Sequence record: SRR22947727_2435
DNA length: 64,000 nucleotides
Reading direction: 5' to 3' (one strand)
The position numbers and the translations under genes were made by a program. This document shows positions 1 to 10,976 of the stretch, piece by piece (position 1 is the first letter of the stretch; each line of letters begins with the position of its first letter). Under the pieces are notes generated by a model. That model searched no databases, was not told where the DNA came from, and saw only the letters and a program-made list of their open reading frames with translations.

Positions 1-1006
1 ACGCACCGACGTTTCCAATGGTGAGAGCGGCCCCTCCCAGTCCTGCGAGTGCTCCTCCCATGACTACCCACCAGAAACGGGTGGCTGCTACTCGAATACC
101 CATGGTGTCTGCTGCCATCGGATATTCCCCCACTGCACGTGCGCGCAAGCCCCAGCTGGTGCGGAAAAGTACGTACCAGAGCAGGGGAACCGCCAGGAAG
201 GCAAGGAACACCGTCAGTCGGTTCTCAAACAGCACAGGACCCAGAATCGGGATATCACTCAGGACAGGTATCGACATGACCGGGAAAGTGCCGGGCGCGT
301 TGGACGCAGAAGCGTCTTGTGTGAGCCATTGGGAGTAGAGGAAGTTGGTGACCCCGATGACGAGGACGTTGAGCACCACTCCCACAATGATCTGGTCCAC
401 CAGATAGCGGACTGCGAATACCGCCAGCACCATCGATACCAGGGCGGCTGCAACCATCGCAGCGACCATCCCGATGTAGAGGTTCCCAGTCAGAGTGGAG
501 ACGACCGCTGCCACGAAGGCTCCGGTCAGCAGTTGTCCCTCAATAGCGATATTGACAACGCCCACGCGTTCGGACATCACCCCTGCCATCCCCCCGAACA
601 TGATGGGGATAGCGAGAACGATGGCGTTGGCCAACAAGAAGGCAACAGGGACTCGATCGCCAGCAGCCAACCACCCCAACAGCGCAGTAATGGCAATGAA
701 CCCAAAGACCAGTGACCACCACAGCGGTACCGGCTTCCTCTGGATAACCCAGAGAAAAGACAATCCGGTGATCACCAACAAGATGGCGCCCAAGGTGAGC
801 CCCACCATGTGAGACATGGCCTCTATCGGAGGGAGAGTGAAATTCGCATCCTCTGCGGTCAAGGAATAAACGACCGGCTCTCGCCGGCCCAGAAGCCCAA
901 AACCGCCGAACACCACAACGCTGAAAAACGCCATGAACCATGGGGCTTTCCAGCTCACCTTCGCTTCAGCAAGAGAAAAAACGCCGTGAGTAACTGTGGT
1001 GCTCAT
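1..1006 (-). CDS. Nucleoside/sugar ABC transporter permease (BPD_transp_2 family), 3' end truncated by window edge
   Basis: Not in the ORF track. ATG at 1006 overlaps the upstream TGA (ATGA). Manual translation starts MSTTVTHGVFSLAEAK and stays in frame with ...WYVLFRTSWGLRARAVGEYPMAADTMGIRV...GGALAGLGGA, the typical permease motif. Confidence 0.9.
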   Translation of the reverse strand, partial: MSTTVTHGVFSLAEAKVSWKAPWFMAFFSVVVFGGFGLLGRREPVVYSLTAEDANFTLPPIEAMSHMVGLTLGAILLVITGLSFLWVIQRKPVPLWWSLVFGFIAITALLGWLAAGDRVPVAFLLANAIVLAIPIMFGGMAGVMSERVGVVNIAIEGQLLTGAFVAAVVSTLTGNLYIGMVAAMVAAALVSMVLAVFAVRYLVDQIIVGVVLNVLVIGVTNFLYSQWLTQDASASNAPGTFPVMSIPVLSDIPILGPVLFENRLTVFLAFLAVPLLWYVLFRTSWGLRARAVGEYPMAADTMGIRVAATRFWWVVMGGALAGLGGAALTIGNVGA

Positions 1007-2196
1007 GAGGTGGCCCCCTTCCGCCGGAAGCGAGCTTTGAGTCGATCTAGTGCTGGGGTGCTGGAGAGTGCTGGCAAACGGAAGAGTGCGCGAACAAGAG
1101 GCGGTGCAGCAATGAACAGAACGATGGCGCCTTGCACAATTCCTAACACCTCAGGAGACACACCAATCACCTGCATTTGGGGACCACCCGCTTTGAAAGC
1201 ACCAAAGAGCAACCCCGCAAAGAAGATTCCCACCGCATTGCCTCCACCGAGCAGAGCAACGGTGATGCCGTCAAAGCCAATGCCCGCGTGAACCGTCTCT
1301 GTGTAAGGAACCTGGGTTCCGAGCGCTTGATTAGCTCCGGCCACACCCAAGAAAGCTGCGGAGACAGCCATGGCATAGATGTAGGTCCGCTCCACCGAAA
1401 TTCCTGCGGTTCGTGCAGCGTGCGGGTTGTGGCCCACCATCCGGAAGCGATACCCAATCGCGGAGCGCTCCATGAGCCACCAGTAGGTAATCGCCGCGAG
1501 AATGGCGAGGACGAAACCAAGGTGCAACGAATAGGTGCCGGGGAAGAGTTGTGGCAGCTGCGCCGTCATGGCGGGAGCATCTGACTTCGGGGTTCCTCCG
1601 GCCTCGACCTGCTGGAGAAGGTTGGGGTTTCTAATGAACCAGGTGAACAAGTAGATCGAGACGTAGTTGAGCATGATGGTCAAAATGACCTCGTGCGCAC
1701 CTGTCTGAGCTTTCAAGAAGCCCACCAGCGCTCCCCACAGGGCCGCACCGAGGATCGCCACGATGAGTGCTGCCAGCATGTGAAGAACAAAGGGGAGTTC
1801 CATCCGAGTGCTAACCCATGTTGCCCAGAGGATTCCGAACACCATCTGCCCGTTTCCACCAATGTTGAACAAGCCGACCCGGAACCCCAGTGAAATACCC
1901 AAACCGGCAGCGATGAGCGGCGCACCCAATCTCAAAGTCTCCGTCAGTGGCCGAAGGGCCGTGACCAGATCGTCGGCTCGGGTGTTGAAAATGGATCCTC
2001 GGAAGAGCGCACTGTAGCCATCAGAGACGGTCATCAAGGCGGCACCAAAGGCTTCTCCGAGACCGCCCGATTCCAGCGCTTCGCCTACTTCTTCACCCGA
2101 GATCATCATGAAGATGGCTCCCACAAGGAAGCCCATGACGATGGACAAGAAGGCGCGGGTCGCGCTCGTTGACAGTATTTCCTTCAGAAGCGTCAT
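1003..2196 (-). CDS. Nucleoside/sugar ABC transporter permease
   Basis: Hydrophobic protein with GLFNIGGNGQ, GAHEVILTIMLNY and GYRFRMVGHNPHAARTAGI motifs; translationally coupled to the ATPase gene. Confidence 0.92.
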   Translation of the reverse strand: MTLLKEILSTSATRAFLSIVMGFLVGAIFMMISGEEVGEALESGGLGEAFGAALMTVSDGYSALFRGSIFNTRADDLVTALRPLTETLRLGAPLIAAGLGISLGFRVGLFNIGGNGQMVFGILWATWVSTRMELPFVLHMLAALIVAILGAALWGALVGFLKAQTGAHEVILTIMLNYVSIYLFTWFIRNPNLLQQVEAGGTPKSDAPAMTAQLPQLFPGTYSLHLGFVLAILAAITYWWLMERSAIGYRFRMVGHNPHAARTAGISVERTYIYAMAVSAAFLGVAGANQALGTQVPYTETVHAGIGFDGITVALLGGGNAVGIFFAGLLFGAFKAGGPQMQVIGVSPEVLGIVQGAIVLFIAAPPLVRALFRLPALSSTPALDRLKARFRRKGATS

Positions 2197-3707
2197 GCCG
2201 CGATTCCCTCTGGAACGATTCCCGCCATCATCTGACCCATCTGCTCTCTCGTGGTGGAGGGAGGAACAATTCCCACAATTCGACCCCGGTACATCACGGC
2301 GATGCGATCGGCCAGTCCGTAGACCTCATCGAGTTCCGTCGAAATAATCACGACGGGGATGCCGCGATCTCTGGTGGCAATGATTTGTTCGTGGATGAAT
2401 TCGATGGACCCCACATCAACACCGCGCGTGGGTTGAGCAGCAACAAAGAGTTTCAAGTCGCGCGTAAGTTCTCTCGCCACCACAACCTTCTGCTGGTTTC
2501 CACCGGACAATTTGCTGGCCAAGGTTGTGGCCGACGGGGTTCGAATGTCAAAGCGCTCAATCAGGTCAGCACTGGTCGCTTCGCGGGATGGGAAATCAAT
2601 AGAGAGTCCCTTGGTCCACGGTCTCGAGAACGAACCGTCTGTCATGAAGTTCTCTTCGAGGGTGAAATCCCCAACCAGTCCGTCTTTCTTGCGGTCTTCA
2701 GGGATATATCCAACACCTGCTTCCAGCACCTCTCGAACACTGGAGTCGGTGATGTCTTTGCCACCGAGCTTTATGGTGCCAGAGGTGACCTGGCGAAGCC
2801 CCAAGAGGGTTTCCGCAAAAGCAGTCTGACCGTTTCCCTCGACACCGGCTAGACACAGGACCTCACCGGCTCGAACCTCCAAGGAAATTCCATCGATGAC
2901 TTTTTGGTGGCGGTCATCAACCACCACCAAGTCTCGAACCTCCAGCACAACATCGCCGAGCTGCGGGGGGTTCTTGTTGACCGTCAGATCCACCTCGCGA
3001 CCCACCATCAACGATGCAAGGTCGCCCACAGAGGTTTCGGGAGACACAGAGTCGACGACTTTGCCTCCTCGAATAACGGTCACGACGTCAGCAACAGCCT
3101 TGACTTCGCGAAGCTTATGAGTGATGAACACAATCGAGGTCCCCTCGTTAGCCAGCTGGCGCATAATTGACATGAGCTCATCTGTCTCTTGAGGCGTCAA
3201 TACGGCAGTTGGCTCATCCAAAATGAGGACTTTCGCCTCACGCGCAAGGGCTTTCACGATTTCCACGCGCTGCTGAATGCCCACCGGCAGATCTTCGATG
3301 GTGGCATCGGGGTCGATATCAAAACCGAACCGAGCGGAAATCTCTCGCACCCGCTCGCGGGCAGTGGCCAGGTCTAGGGAGCCCCAGCGAGTAGAGGGCT
3401 CATTACCGAGGACCACGTTTTCCGCGACGCTAAAAACAGGGACCAACATAAAGTGCTGGTGGACCATACCTATACCGGCGTCCATGGCATCGCCCGGTCC
3501 AGAGAAGGTCTGCTCTACTCCATCCAGGACGATGCGTCCCTCATCAGGCTGATAAAGGCCATAGAGGAGATTCATCAGGGTCGACTTGCCCGCACCATTC
3601 TCACCGAGGAGAGCATGGATTTGACCGGGCTCAACGACGAGCGAAATGTTGTCGTTAGCGACAACGGGACCAAAGCGCTTCGTCATTCCTTGAAGTTCAA
3701 GCTTCAT
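2193..3707 (-). CDS. ABC transporter ATP-binding protein, two ATPase domains (CUT2/NupA-like)
   Basis: GENGAGKST Walker A, LILDEPT, and second-domain LSGGNQQK and AAQPTRGVDVG motifs. Confidence 0.95.
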   Translation of the reverse strand: MKLELQGMTKRFGPVVANDNISLVVEPGQIHALLGENGAGKSTLMNLLYGLYQPDEGRIVLDGVEQTFSGPGDAMDAGIGMVHQHFMLVPVFSVAENVVLGNEPSTRWGSLDLATARERVREISARFGFDIDPDATIEDLPVGIQQRVEIVKALAREAKVLILDEPTAVLTPQETDELMSIMRQLANEGTSIVFITHKLREVKAVADVVTVIRGGKVVDSVSPETSVGDLASLMVGREVDLTVNKNPPQLGDVVLEVRDLVVVDDRHQKVIDGISLEVRAGEVLCLAGVEGNGQTAFAETLLGLRQVTSGTIKLGGKDITDSSVREVLEAGVGYIPEDRKKDGLVGDFTLEENFMTDGSFSRPWTKGLSIDFPSREATSADLIERFDIRTPSATTLASKLSGGNQQKVVVARELTRDLKLFVAAQPTRGVDVGSIEFIHEQIIATRDRGIPVVIISTELDEVYGLADRIAVMYRGRIVGIVPPSTTREQMGQMMAGIVPEGIAA

Positions 3708-3752
3708 TGCTCGGTCCCTTTCTGCGGGGTAAAAACAGACTAGAGGAGAAAG

Positions 3753-3787
3753 CTGTGGGGCCCTAGACGGTGTCTAGGGCCCCACAG
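3753..3787 (-). terminator. Perfect 16-bp intercistronic hairpin (attenuator or mRNA stabiliser) after the binding-protein gene
   Basis: CTGTGGGGCCCTAGAC-ggt-GTCTAGGGCCCCACAG; followed on the minus strand by CTTTCTCCTC. Confidence 0.75.
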
Positions 3788-3816
3788 TCGATCACGTTAC
3801 GACGTAACCCGGCAGC

Positions 3817-4917
3817 CTAGGCCAGCGGGTCGACCGAACCGTCAATGATGCCTGCTTTGAGCTCAGCGAGGCGGTCCTTGATGGACTGGTCGATCTTGTC
3901 GTCGAAGGCGTAGAAGGGGGAGATGTCCGTTCCTTCGTTAGCCAGGTCACCCATGTAGTAGTCACCGGTGAAGTTGCCGTTCACTGCATAGTCTTCGATG
4001 ATGTCGAAGGTTGCAGCGCCCATGCGCTTCTCGGCAGAGGTGATGATGTAGTCGGCGTACTCAGGCGAGGTCAGAGCGATGTCCTTGTCGACACCAATCA
4101 TGACCGCATTGTCGCCGGCTTCCTTGATTGCTTCGATACCAGCACCGAACTGGTCTCCACCCACAGGGAAGAGAACGTCAGCGCCCTGCTCGAGCTGAGA
4201 TGCCGCGATGCTCTTACCGACCGCGTCGTTAGGAGCGAACCCGCCCCAGAACTGACCTTCAGCAGCAACGGGGTCCCAGCCGAGAACGGTCACGGGGGTG
4301 CCGGTCTCAGTCTCGTAGGCCTTGGCGCCGTAGTAGAAGCCGGACATGAAGTCGGTCACAGCGTCAATCTGGAGACCGCCGTAGGTGCCCACAACCTTGG
4401 TGGTCGAGTGGGCAGCTGCGAGGTAACCAGCGAGGTAGCTGGACTGGTTCATCTTGTAGCCAACAGGCTTCAGGTTGTCGTTTCCTTCGCTCCAACCATC
4501 AACCGTGACGAAGCTCACGTCAGGGTTAGCAGCAGCAGCTACGTTGACATCTGCAACCAGGTTGAATCCCACGGCGATGATGACATCACAGCTCGCATCG
4601 ACCATGGCCTGGAGGTTCGGTGCGAAGTCCTCTGCGCTGTTGGACTCTGCCTCGGCGATCTGAACACCCAGCTCAGATTCTGCCTGCAGAAGACCGTCGT
4701 AGACAGCCTCGTTGAAGGAGTTGTCTTGGAAGCTTGCCTCGTCAGAAACAGCACAAGCCAGGAAGTCAAGCTCGGGAGCTGCTTCCTCTTGAACAGCTGC
4801 TTCTTCTGTTACTGCCTCTTCTTCCACGGGTTCTGCAGCACAACCTGCCAGAACCAATGCAGCAGCACCCAGTGCGGCGATACCGGCGAAGGTACGCTTT
4901 GCGGTGATTGCTTTCAC
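3817..4917 (-). CDS. BMP family ABC substrate-binding lipoprotein (nucleoside-binding, PnrA/TmpC-like)
   Basis: Lipobox LAGC; DNSFNEAVYDGL and IGVDKD motifs. Start reassigned to GTG 4917, which has a GAGGA RBS upstream (ORF track start 4950). Confidence 0.9.
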   Translation of the reverse strand: MKAITAKRTFAGIAALGAAALVLAGCAAEPVEEEAVTEEAAVQEEAAPELDFLACAVSDEASFQDNSFNEAVYDGLLQAESELGVQIAEAESNSAEDFAPNLQAMVDASCDVIIAVGFNLVADVNVAAAANPDVSFVTVDGWSEGNDNLKPVGYKMNQSSYLAGYLAAAHSTTKVVGTYGGLQIDAVTDFMSGFYYGAKAYETETGTPVTVLGWDPVAAEGQFWGGFAPNDAVGKSIAASQLEQGADVLFPVGGDQFGAGIEAIKEAGDNAVMIGVDKDIALTSPEYADYIITSAEKRMGAATFDIIEDYAVNGNFTGDYYMGDLANEGTDISPFYAFDDKIDQSIKDRLAELKAGIIDGSVDPLA

Positions 4918-5034
4918 TAATGTGTCCTCTCGTTTTGGTATGACAGCCATCGACTCGACCCCGAGAATTCGCCTCAGTATTCAGCAATGAGGGTGAGGGC
5001 GATGGCTAATTGATTCTCATCTTAGAGTGCCGAT

Positions 5035-5056
5035 GTTCACCGAAAATTAACTCGGG
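5035..5056. promoter_or_regulatory. Possible OmpR-family (RegX3/PhoP- or GlnR-type) direct-repeat site upstream of the nucleoside transporter operon
   Basis: GTTCACCGAAA-ATTAACTCGGG with 11-nt period, next to a minus-strand -10 candidate TAAGAT (5019-5024). Confidence 0.35.
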
Positions 5057-5105
5057 GGCATGGCGCTCAGATGTGCCTCAAGCATCGCTTGAAGCTCTCT
5101 CCTGC

Positions 5106-6074
5106 CTAGTCCAAACCGATGATGGGGCGGGAAGGAACCGTGCCTATGCCCATAGTCGACGAGATATAGGAATAGAACGCCTGTGAATCGACTTCCTCGA
5201 TAACTCGGGCGTTGGGTTTAAGCCCATGAATCCCCCACGACATAGCTGAGTAGCCCCTCGTCAGTTCTGAATCAGCCTCGACATCCACTGCGTAGGGCGC
5301 GCTCTTGGTCACGAGTTCTGGGTGAAGCATTACTGCAACCGTCAAGGAATCCGGGTGGGAAGATCCCGGAATGCCGACACTCTCGTCAAACTCCAGGGTC
5401 GTTTCGCAGACGCGACGAAAGAACTGAGCAACCGGGTTCCCTTGGTCACCGATTGACGCCATCTGCTCTCTCGAGAAGATGGCATCGCGCACAGTCAACG
5501 GCTCCCACGGAACAACAGTGATGTCAAAGCCCGCGGCGAACACAATCTTGGCGGCGTCGGGATCAACGTAGAAGTTGAACTCGGCGGCCGCGGTGATGTT
5601 GCCTCTCGCGTTATTGGACCCACCCATGATGAAGAGATGGTTCACGCGCGACGGAAATTCTGGATCTTTCACCACAGCCATCGCGATATTTGTCAGTGGC
5701 CCGATGGCGACCACGTTGAGTTTCCCGGGTTCTTCGGCGGAGAGGCGCAAGAGTGCATCGACGGCATGCTCGTCCTCCACCGATACACCCTCGGTGTCCA
5801 TCGACAATCCGCCCACGCCATCGCCGTGGACGTTCTCTGCCGATACCCACTCCCTCACCATGGGGCGACGGCATCCGAGATTCACGGGGACTTCACCAAG
5901 AGCCCCCGCAACGCTGAGGGTCATGAGAGCGTTCTCAGTCTGCTGATCAAATCCCACATTGCCGGCCACCATGGTGATCGCACGGAGGTCTGCTACCTCA
6001 TCCAGCACTCCCAGAAGAATCGCAACACAGTCATCTTGAGCCGTGTCGGTATCGAGGATGAACGGAATCGGCAC
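5106..6074 (-). CDS. Nucleoside hydrolase (IU-NH family)
   Basis: N-terminal DTDTAQDD (DxDxxxDD), IGPLTNIA, MGG and GNITAAAEFNFYVDPDAA motifs. Confidence 0.93.
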   Translation of the reverse strand: MPIPFILDTDTAQDDCVAILLGVLDEVADLRAITMVAGNVGFDQQTENALMTLSVAGALGEVPVNLGCRRPMVREWVSAENVHGDGVGGLSMDTEGVSVEDEHAVDALLRLSAEEPGKLNVVAIGPLTNIAMAVVKDPEFPSRVNHLFIMGGSNNARGNITAAAEFNFYVDPDAAKIVFAAGFDITVVPWEPLTVRDAIFSREQMASIGDQGNPVAQFFRRVCETTLEFDESVGIPGSSHPDSLTVAVMLHPELVTKSAPYAVDVEADSELTRGYSAMSWGIHGLKPNARVIEEVDSQAFYSYISSTMGIGTVPSRPIIGLD

Positions 6075-6081
6075 GTGCTAC

Positions 6082-7014
6082 TTAACCCAGCCCTGAACGA
6101 AAGTAGTCAATTGTCTTCTCGAGCCCGTCGCGCAGAGGAATTGAGGGCTCCCACCCGAGTACCTTTTTCGCCTTTTCGATATTGGGTTGGCGCTGCTTGG
6201 GATCATCTGCTGGCAAGTCGCGGTGCTCAATCGTCGAAGATGAACCGGTCATCTCCAGGACCAAGGAGGCAAGCTCCAGCATCGTGAATTCGCCAGGGTT
6301 GCCCAAGTTCACGGGTCCTGGCTCATTCGAGGTGTTCTCCATTAGAGCGATAAGTCCCGACACCAAGTCATCGACGTAACAGAAAGAGCGGGTCTGGGAC
6401 CCATCACCGTAGATGGTGAGTGGTTCGCCGCGGAGTGCTTGAACAATGAAGTTGCTGACTACCCGACCGTCATCCGCTGCCATCCGGGGGCCATACGTGT
6501 TGAAAATCCGAGCAACGCGGATGTCCAGTCCGTGTTGGCGGTGATAGTCGAAGAACAAAGTCTCAGCCACACGCTTTGCCTCGTCGTAGCAAGCTCTCGG
6601 CCCAATGGGGTTGACCTTGCCCCAGTATTCCTCCGGCTGCGGGTGCACCTCGGGATCTCCATAAACCTCGGACGTTGAGGCTTGGAGAATCGGAACCCGC
6701 AAGCGCTTAGCCAACCCCAACATGTTGATAGCGCCCATGACGTTTGTCTTGGTCGTCTGGACAGGATCATGTTGGTAATGAACCGGGGACGCTGGAGACG
6801 CCAGGTTATAGATCGCGTCAACTTCGACATAGAGCGGGAAGGTCACATCGTGACGCATGAGCTCAAAGCGCGGGTTAGTGAGCAGATGCTCGATATTCCT
6901 CTTTGACCCGGTGAAGTAATTGTCGACGGCGATGACGTCGTGGCCTTGGTCTAGAAGGCGCTCGGCGAGGTGAGATCCCACAAAACCTGCTCCACCGGTA
7001 ATCAGAATTCGCAT
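6082..7014 (-). CDS. uxs: UDP-glucuronate decarboxylase (UDP-xylose synthase) family SDR
   Basis: [58 protein letters not shown] and DDPKQRQP motifs. Confidence 0.9.
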   Translation of the reverse strand: MRILITGGAGFVGSHLAERLLDQGHDVIAVDNYFTGSKRNIEHLLTNPRFELMRHDVTFPLYVEVDAIYNLASPASPVHYQHDPVQTTKTNVMGAINMLGLAKRLRVPILQASTSEVYGDPEVHPQPEEYWGKVNPIGPRACYDEAKRVAETLFFDYHRQHGLDIRVARIFNTYGPRMAADDGRVVSNFIVQALRGEPLTIYGDGSQTRSFCYVDDLVSGLIALMENTSNEPGPVNLGNPGEFTMLELASLVLEMTGSSSTIEHRDLPADDPKQRQPNIEKAKKVLGWEPSIPLRDGLEKTIDYFRSGLG

Positions 7015-7049
7015 GGACTCGATGCTACCGGGGTGATGGCGGAAACAGG

Positions 7050-8147
7050 CTAGAGGATGCCCTCGAGGCCCTGTTCTTTCATGCTCTCGACGATCTGCTT
7101 CACATCCTGCGCGTGGTCCTTCGTTGTCACCAGCAGAGCATCGGGAGTATCGACAATGACGACATCTTTCATGCCTAGCACCGTGATGATGCGACCCGAG
7201 GACCCGACCACGATTCCGGTGGAATCGTGGGGGTGCACCTTGGTCGTATCCCCCACGACAATCACATCCGATGCGGCTCCGTTATCTCTTGCTCCCGCAA
7301 GGGACGCAAAATCTCCCACGTCTTGCCATCCAAAGCTCCCGGGCACCACCAGGAACTTTCCTGCTCTCGCTGCCGGTTCTGCGACGGCATAGTCAAAAGC
7401 TATGGACGGTAGGTCTTCCCACGCACTCTGAAAATTCTCGCCCGCAGATAGTGCGTCCGCGATGTCGCGCAGAGGAGCTCCGAGCTCCGCGGCAAACTCA
7501 TCAAACGCAGCTACAACGGAGGACACCTTGCCCACGAAGATTCCCGCGTTCCAGAGATAGTCGCCCGAAGCGAGGAACCGTTGCGCATCGACGAAGGAGG
7601 GTTTCTCGACGAACTCACCGACATGGTGAACTCCTTCGCCGGAGAACGCCCCGTCTTTCTTTATGTAACCGAAAGCGCTGGAGGGCTCATGCGGTGTGAT
7701 CCCGATCGTGACCAGGTGACCTGACTCTGCGGCACCAATGGCGGTCCTGAGAACTTCTTGGAATGCTGAGTCCTCCTGAATTACATGGTCTGCAGCAAAG
7801 AACCCGACAATCGCATCGGGGTTGAGCGCATTCAGCACGTATGCAGCCAAACCCACCGCGGCAGCAGAGTTCTTCGGCGAAGGCTCACTCAAGACATTGG
7901 TCGTCGGCAAACCTGGAGCCTGCTTCATGACGGCGGGGACATGGGCCTCGCCCGTCACCACATACACATGATTCTCATCGGCAAACGGTGACAAACGCTC
8001 GATTGTCTCAACCAGTAATGATTTGCCTGTTCCGAGGAGATCGAGCAAGAACTTCGGCTCTTGCGAACGCGACAATGGCCACAACCTGGTTCCCGAACCA
8101 CCCGCTGGAATCACGGCATAAAAGTCGTGGGCTGAGCTCTGAGACAT
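7050..8147 (-). CDS. manC: Mannose-1-phosphate guanylyltransferase
   Basis: [32 protein letters not shown] and WQDVGDF motifs. Confidence 0.92.
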   Translation of the reverse strand: MSQSSAHDFYAVIPAGGSGTRLWPLSRSQEPKFLLDLLGTGKSLLVETIERLSPFADENHVYVVTGEAHVPAVMKQAPGLPTTNVLSEPSPKNSAAAVGLAAYVLNALNPDAIVGFFAADHVIQEDSAFQEVLRTAIGAAESGHLVTIGITPHEPSSAFGYIKKDGAFSGEGVHHVGEFVEKPSFVDAQRFLASGDYLWNAGIFVGKVSSVVAAFDEFAAELGAPLRDIADALSAGENFQSAWEDLPSIAFDYAVAEPAARAGKFLVVPGSFGWQDVGDFASLAGARDNGAASDVIVVGDTTKVHPHDSTGIVVGSSGRIITVLGMKDVVIVDTPDALLVTTKDHAQDVKQIVESMKEQGLEGIL

Positions 8148-8237
8148 GGCACAAGGCTAGTGGCAAGCTGGGAAAGTGCCCATGCAAGACATCGTATGAT
8201 GGTGGGATTCAGGGCTACACAGGAAAGGGGCAGAGTC

Positions 8238-8690
8238 GTGGCGACTTCTGCAAGTAACTCTGGGACTTCTGCGTCACCCTCGGTGACGATCGAAGTTCCC
8301 ACCCCCCGCAAGAAAAGTGTCATCCCCGGAGGAACTCTGTACCGCGGCCGCGAAGGCATGTGGTCGTGGGTCCTCCACCGGATTACCGGCATTGGCATTT
8401 ACTTCTTCCTGCTGGTCCACATCCTGGACACTGCGCTTGTCCGCGTCAGTCCTGAGGCCTACAACGCCGTCATCGGTGCCTACCAAACTCCCCTCATGGG
8501 TGTTGCTGAGATTGGGCTCGTCGGCGCGGTCGTCTTCCACGCCTTCAACGGCCTGCGCATCATCCTCGTTGACTTCTGGAACATCGGAGCGCGTCACCAT
8601 GTCGCAATGTTCTATGTCGTGCTGAGCCTCTGGGTTGTGACCATGCTGGCGTTCACTCCCCGTCATCTGATGAATGTGTTTGGGTGGTAG
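8238..8690 (+). CDS. sdhC: Succinate dehydrogenase cytochrome b556 subunit
   Basis: YRGREGMWSWVLHRITG and FHAFNGLRIILVD motifs; start reassigned to GTG 8238 after a GGAAAGGGG RBS. Confidence 0.92.
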   Translation: MATSASNSGTSASPSVTIEVPTPRKKSVIPGGTLYRGREGMWSWVLHRITGIGIYFFLLVHILDTALVRVSPEAYNAVIGAYQTPLMGVAEIGLVGAVVFHAFNGLRIILVDFWNIGARHHVAMFYVVLSLWVVTMLAFTPRHLMNVFGW

Positions 8691-8694
8691 AGCG

Positions 8695-9144
8695 ATGAGC
8701 GTAACTATCGAAACTCCCCGGTCGCCTATCCGTCCCGAGAAACGCGGAATCAACTGGGAAAAGTGGGGCTGGATTTACATGCGTGCCTCTGGCATCGTCC
8801 TGGTCGTCCTCATCTTCGGGCACCTGTTCGTCAACCTGATGGTCGGAGAAGGCGTCAAGGCCATTGACTTCGCTTTCGTCGCCGGAAAGTTCACTGACCC
8901 CTTCTGGGTTGTCTGGGACACGGCCATGCTGTGGCTTGCTCTGATCCACGGTGCCAATGGAATGCGCACTTTGGTCAATGACTACGCAACTCAGGCGTCC
9001 ACCCGGAGAATTCTCCATGGTGCTCTCCTGGTGTCGACCATCGCGTTGCTGGTTCTCGGAACCCTCACGATCTACGCCTTTGACCCTTGCCCCGCTGGGT
9101 CACCCGCCGAACTGCTGCCTTCGTTCTGTGCTGAGGTGATGTAG
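8695..9144 (+). CDS. sdhD: Succinate dehydrogenase hydrophobic anchor subunit
   Basis: WIYMRASG and [15 protein letters not shown] motifs; lies between sdhC and sdhA; ATG at 8695. Confidence 0.92.
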   Translation: MSVTIETPRSPIRPEKRGINWEKWGWIYMRASGIVLVVLIFGHLFVNLMVGEGVKAIDFAFVAGKFTDPFWVVWDTAMLWLALIHGANGMRTLVNDYATQASTRRILHGALLVSTIALLVLGTLTIYAFDPCPAGSPAELLPSFCAEVM

Positions 9145-9149
9145 AGCAC

Positions 9150-10976
9150 ATGACGGCAAGCGCAAACACCACAACTCCACAGAACGACATCACCACACAC
9201 CACCACCAGTTCGACGTTGTCATCGTCGGCGCCGGAGGTGCCGGCATGAGGGCAGCCATCGAGGCTGGCCCTCACGCCAAGACGGCCGTGATTTCCAAGC
9301 TCTACCCCACGCGCTCTCACACCGGAGCCGCTCAGGGCGGTATGGCGGCTGCGCTCGCCAACATCGAAGAGGACAGTTGGGAATGGCACACCTTTGACAC
9401 AGTCAAGGGTGGGGACTACCTCGTCGACCAGGACGCTGCTGAGATTCTCGCCAAAGAGGCCATCGATGCCGTCATCGATCTCGAGAACATGGGTCTGCCG
9501 TTCAACAGAACTCCTGATGGCAAGATCGACCAGCGTCGTTTTGGTGGTCACACCAGAGACCACGGTAAAGCTCCGGTTCGTCGCTCCTGCTACGCAGCGG
9601 ACCGCACCGGCCACATGATTCTGCAGACTCTGTTCCAGAACTGCGTGAAGCTCGGAATCGAGTTCTACAACGAGTTCTATGTTCTTGACCTGATCATGGT
9701 CGATGAGCCAGGCGCCAAGGGCAAGAAGAAGGCTCAGCAGGCTGCGGGAGTCGTCGCGTATGAACTCTCCACTGGCGACATTCACATCTTCCACGCCAAG
9801 TCCGTGGTCTTCGCCACCGGTGGTTTTGGAAAGATCTACAAGACCACCTCTAACGCCCACACCCTGACTGGTGATGGTGTGGGGATTGTCTGGCGAAAGG
9901 GCATTCCGCTGGAGGACATGGAGTTCTTCCAGTTCCACCCCACAGGGCTTGCGGGTCTAGGAATCCTTCTCACCGAGGGTGCCCGTGGTGAGGGGGCGAT
10001 TCTTCGAAATGCTTCTGGTGAGCGTTTCATGGAGCGCTATGCGCCCACCATCAAGGACCTTGCCCCGCGTGACATCATCGCTCGTTGCATGGTCCAGGAA
10101 GTCCAAGAAGGTCGCGGTGGCGGCCCCAACAAGGACTATGTCTTCCTTGATTGCACCCACCTCGGTGCGGAAGTTCTCGAAACCAAGCTTCCCGACATCA
10201 CTGAGTTTGCAAGAACGTATTTAGGTGTCGACCCGGTTCACGAGCCGGTTCCTGTTATGCCGACAGCCCACTATGCAATGGGCGGAATCCCCACCAACAT
10301 CAAGGCTGAGGTTCTCTCCGACAACGAAACTGTCGTCAAGGGCCTCTACGCCGCGGGTGAATGCGCCTGTGTGTCGGTGCACGGCTCCAACAGGCTCGGA
10401 ACAAACTCTCTGTTGGACATCAATGTCTTCGGAAAGCGCGCTGGTCGTTATTCGGTCGAATACGCGAACAAAGCCACATTTGCCCCGCTTCCCGATGACC
10501 CTGCCAAAGAGGTCCGCGAGATGATTGAGCGTGCTCGAATTGCTGATGGTTCAGAGCGTCTCGCCACACTGCGCAAAGAGCTCCAGGAAGAGATGGACCG
10601 CAACGCCCAGGTGTTTAGGACCGACGAATCACTTCGGAGTGTTGCCAAGACCATTCATTCGCTTCGCGAGCGTTACAAAAACATCGGTATTCACGACCGC
10701 GGCAAGCGCTTCAACACTGACCTTCTCGAAGCAATCGAGTTGGGCTTCCTCCTCGACATTGCCGAGGTCGTTGTTGCTTCGGCTCTGGAGCGGAAAGAAA
10801 GCCGCGGCGGTCACATGCGCGATGACTACCCCGACCGCAACGATGAGAAGTATCTCGTCCACACCATGGCGTATCTCACGGGAGACCCTACTTCGCCGAA
10901 TGTGGAGGACCACATTGCAATCGATTGGAAACCCGTCGTGATTACGAACTACCCACCGATGGAAAGGAAGTACTAA
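9150..10976 (+). CDS. sdhA: Succinate dehydrogenase flavoprotein subunit
   Basis: [16 protein letters not shown] (FAD-binding His), QFHPTG, HYAMGG and SVHGSNRLG motifs. Confidence 0.97.
   Translation: MTASANTTTPQNDITTHHHQFDVVIVGAGGAGMRAAIEAGPHAKTAVISKLYPTRSHTGAAQGGMAAALANIEEDSWEWHTFDTVKGGDYLVDQDAAEILAKEAIDAVIDLENMGLPFNRTPDGKIDQRRFGGHTRDHGKAPVRRSCYAADRTGHMILQTLFQNCVKLGIEFYNEFYVLDLIMVDEPGAKGKKKAQQAAGVVAYELSTGDIHIFHAKSVVFATGGFGKIYKTTSNAHTLTGDGVGIVWRKGIPLEDMEFFQFHPTGLAGLGILLTEGARGEGAILRNASGERFMERYAPTIKDLAPRDIIARCMVQEVQEGRGGGPNKDYVFLDCTHLGAEVLETKLPDITEFARTYLGVDPVHEPVPVMPTAHYAMGGIPTNIKAEVLSDNETVVKGLYAAGECACVSVHGSNRLGTNSLLDINVFGKRAGRYSVEYANKATFAPLPDDPAKEVREMIERARIADGSERLATLRKELQEEMDRNAQVFRTDESLRSVAKTIHSLRERYKNIGIHDRGKRFNTDLLEAIELGFLLDIAEVVVASALERKESRGGHMRDDYPDRNDEKYLVHTMAYLTGDPTSPNVEDHIAIDWKPVVITNYPPMERKY

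Noticed and set aside
9072-9938. 288-aa minus-strand ORF, and similar long antisense ORFs (2169-2852, 36448-37182, 37665-38447, 46851-47519)
   Set aside because: They lie opposite well-supported genes; stop-poor antisense frames are expected with this codon bias.
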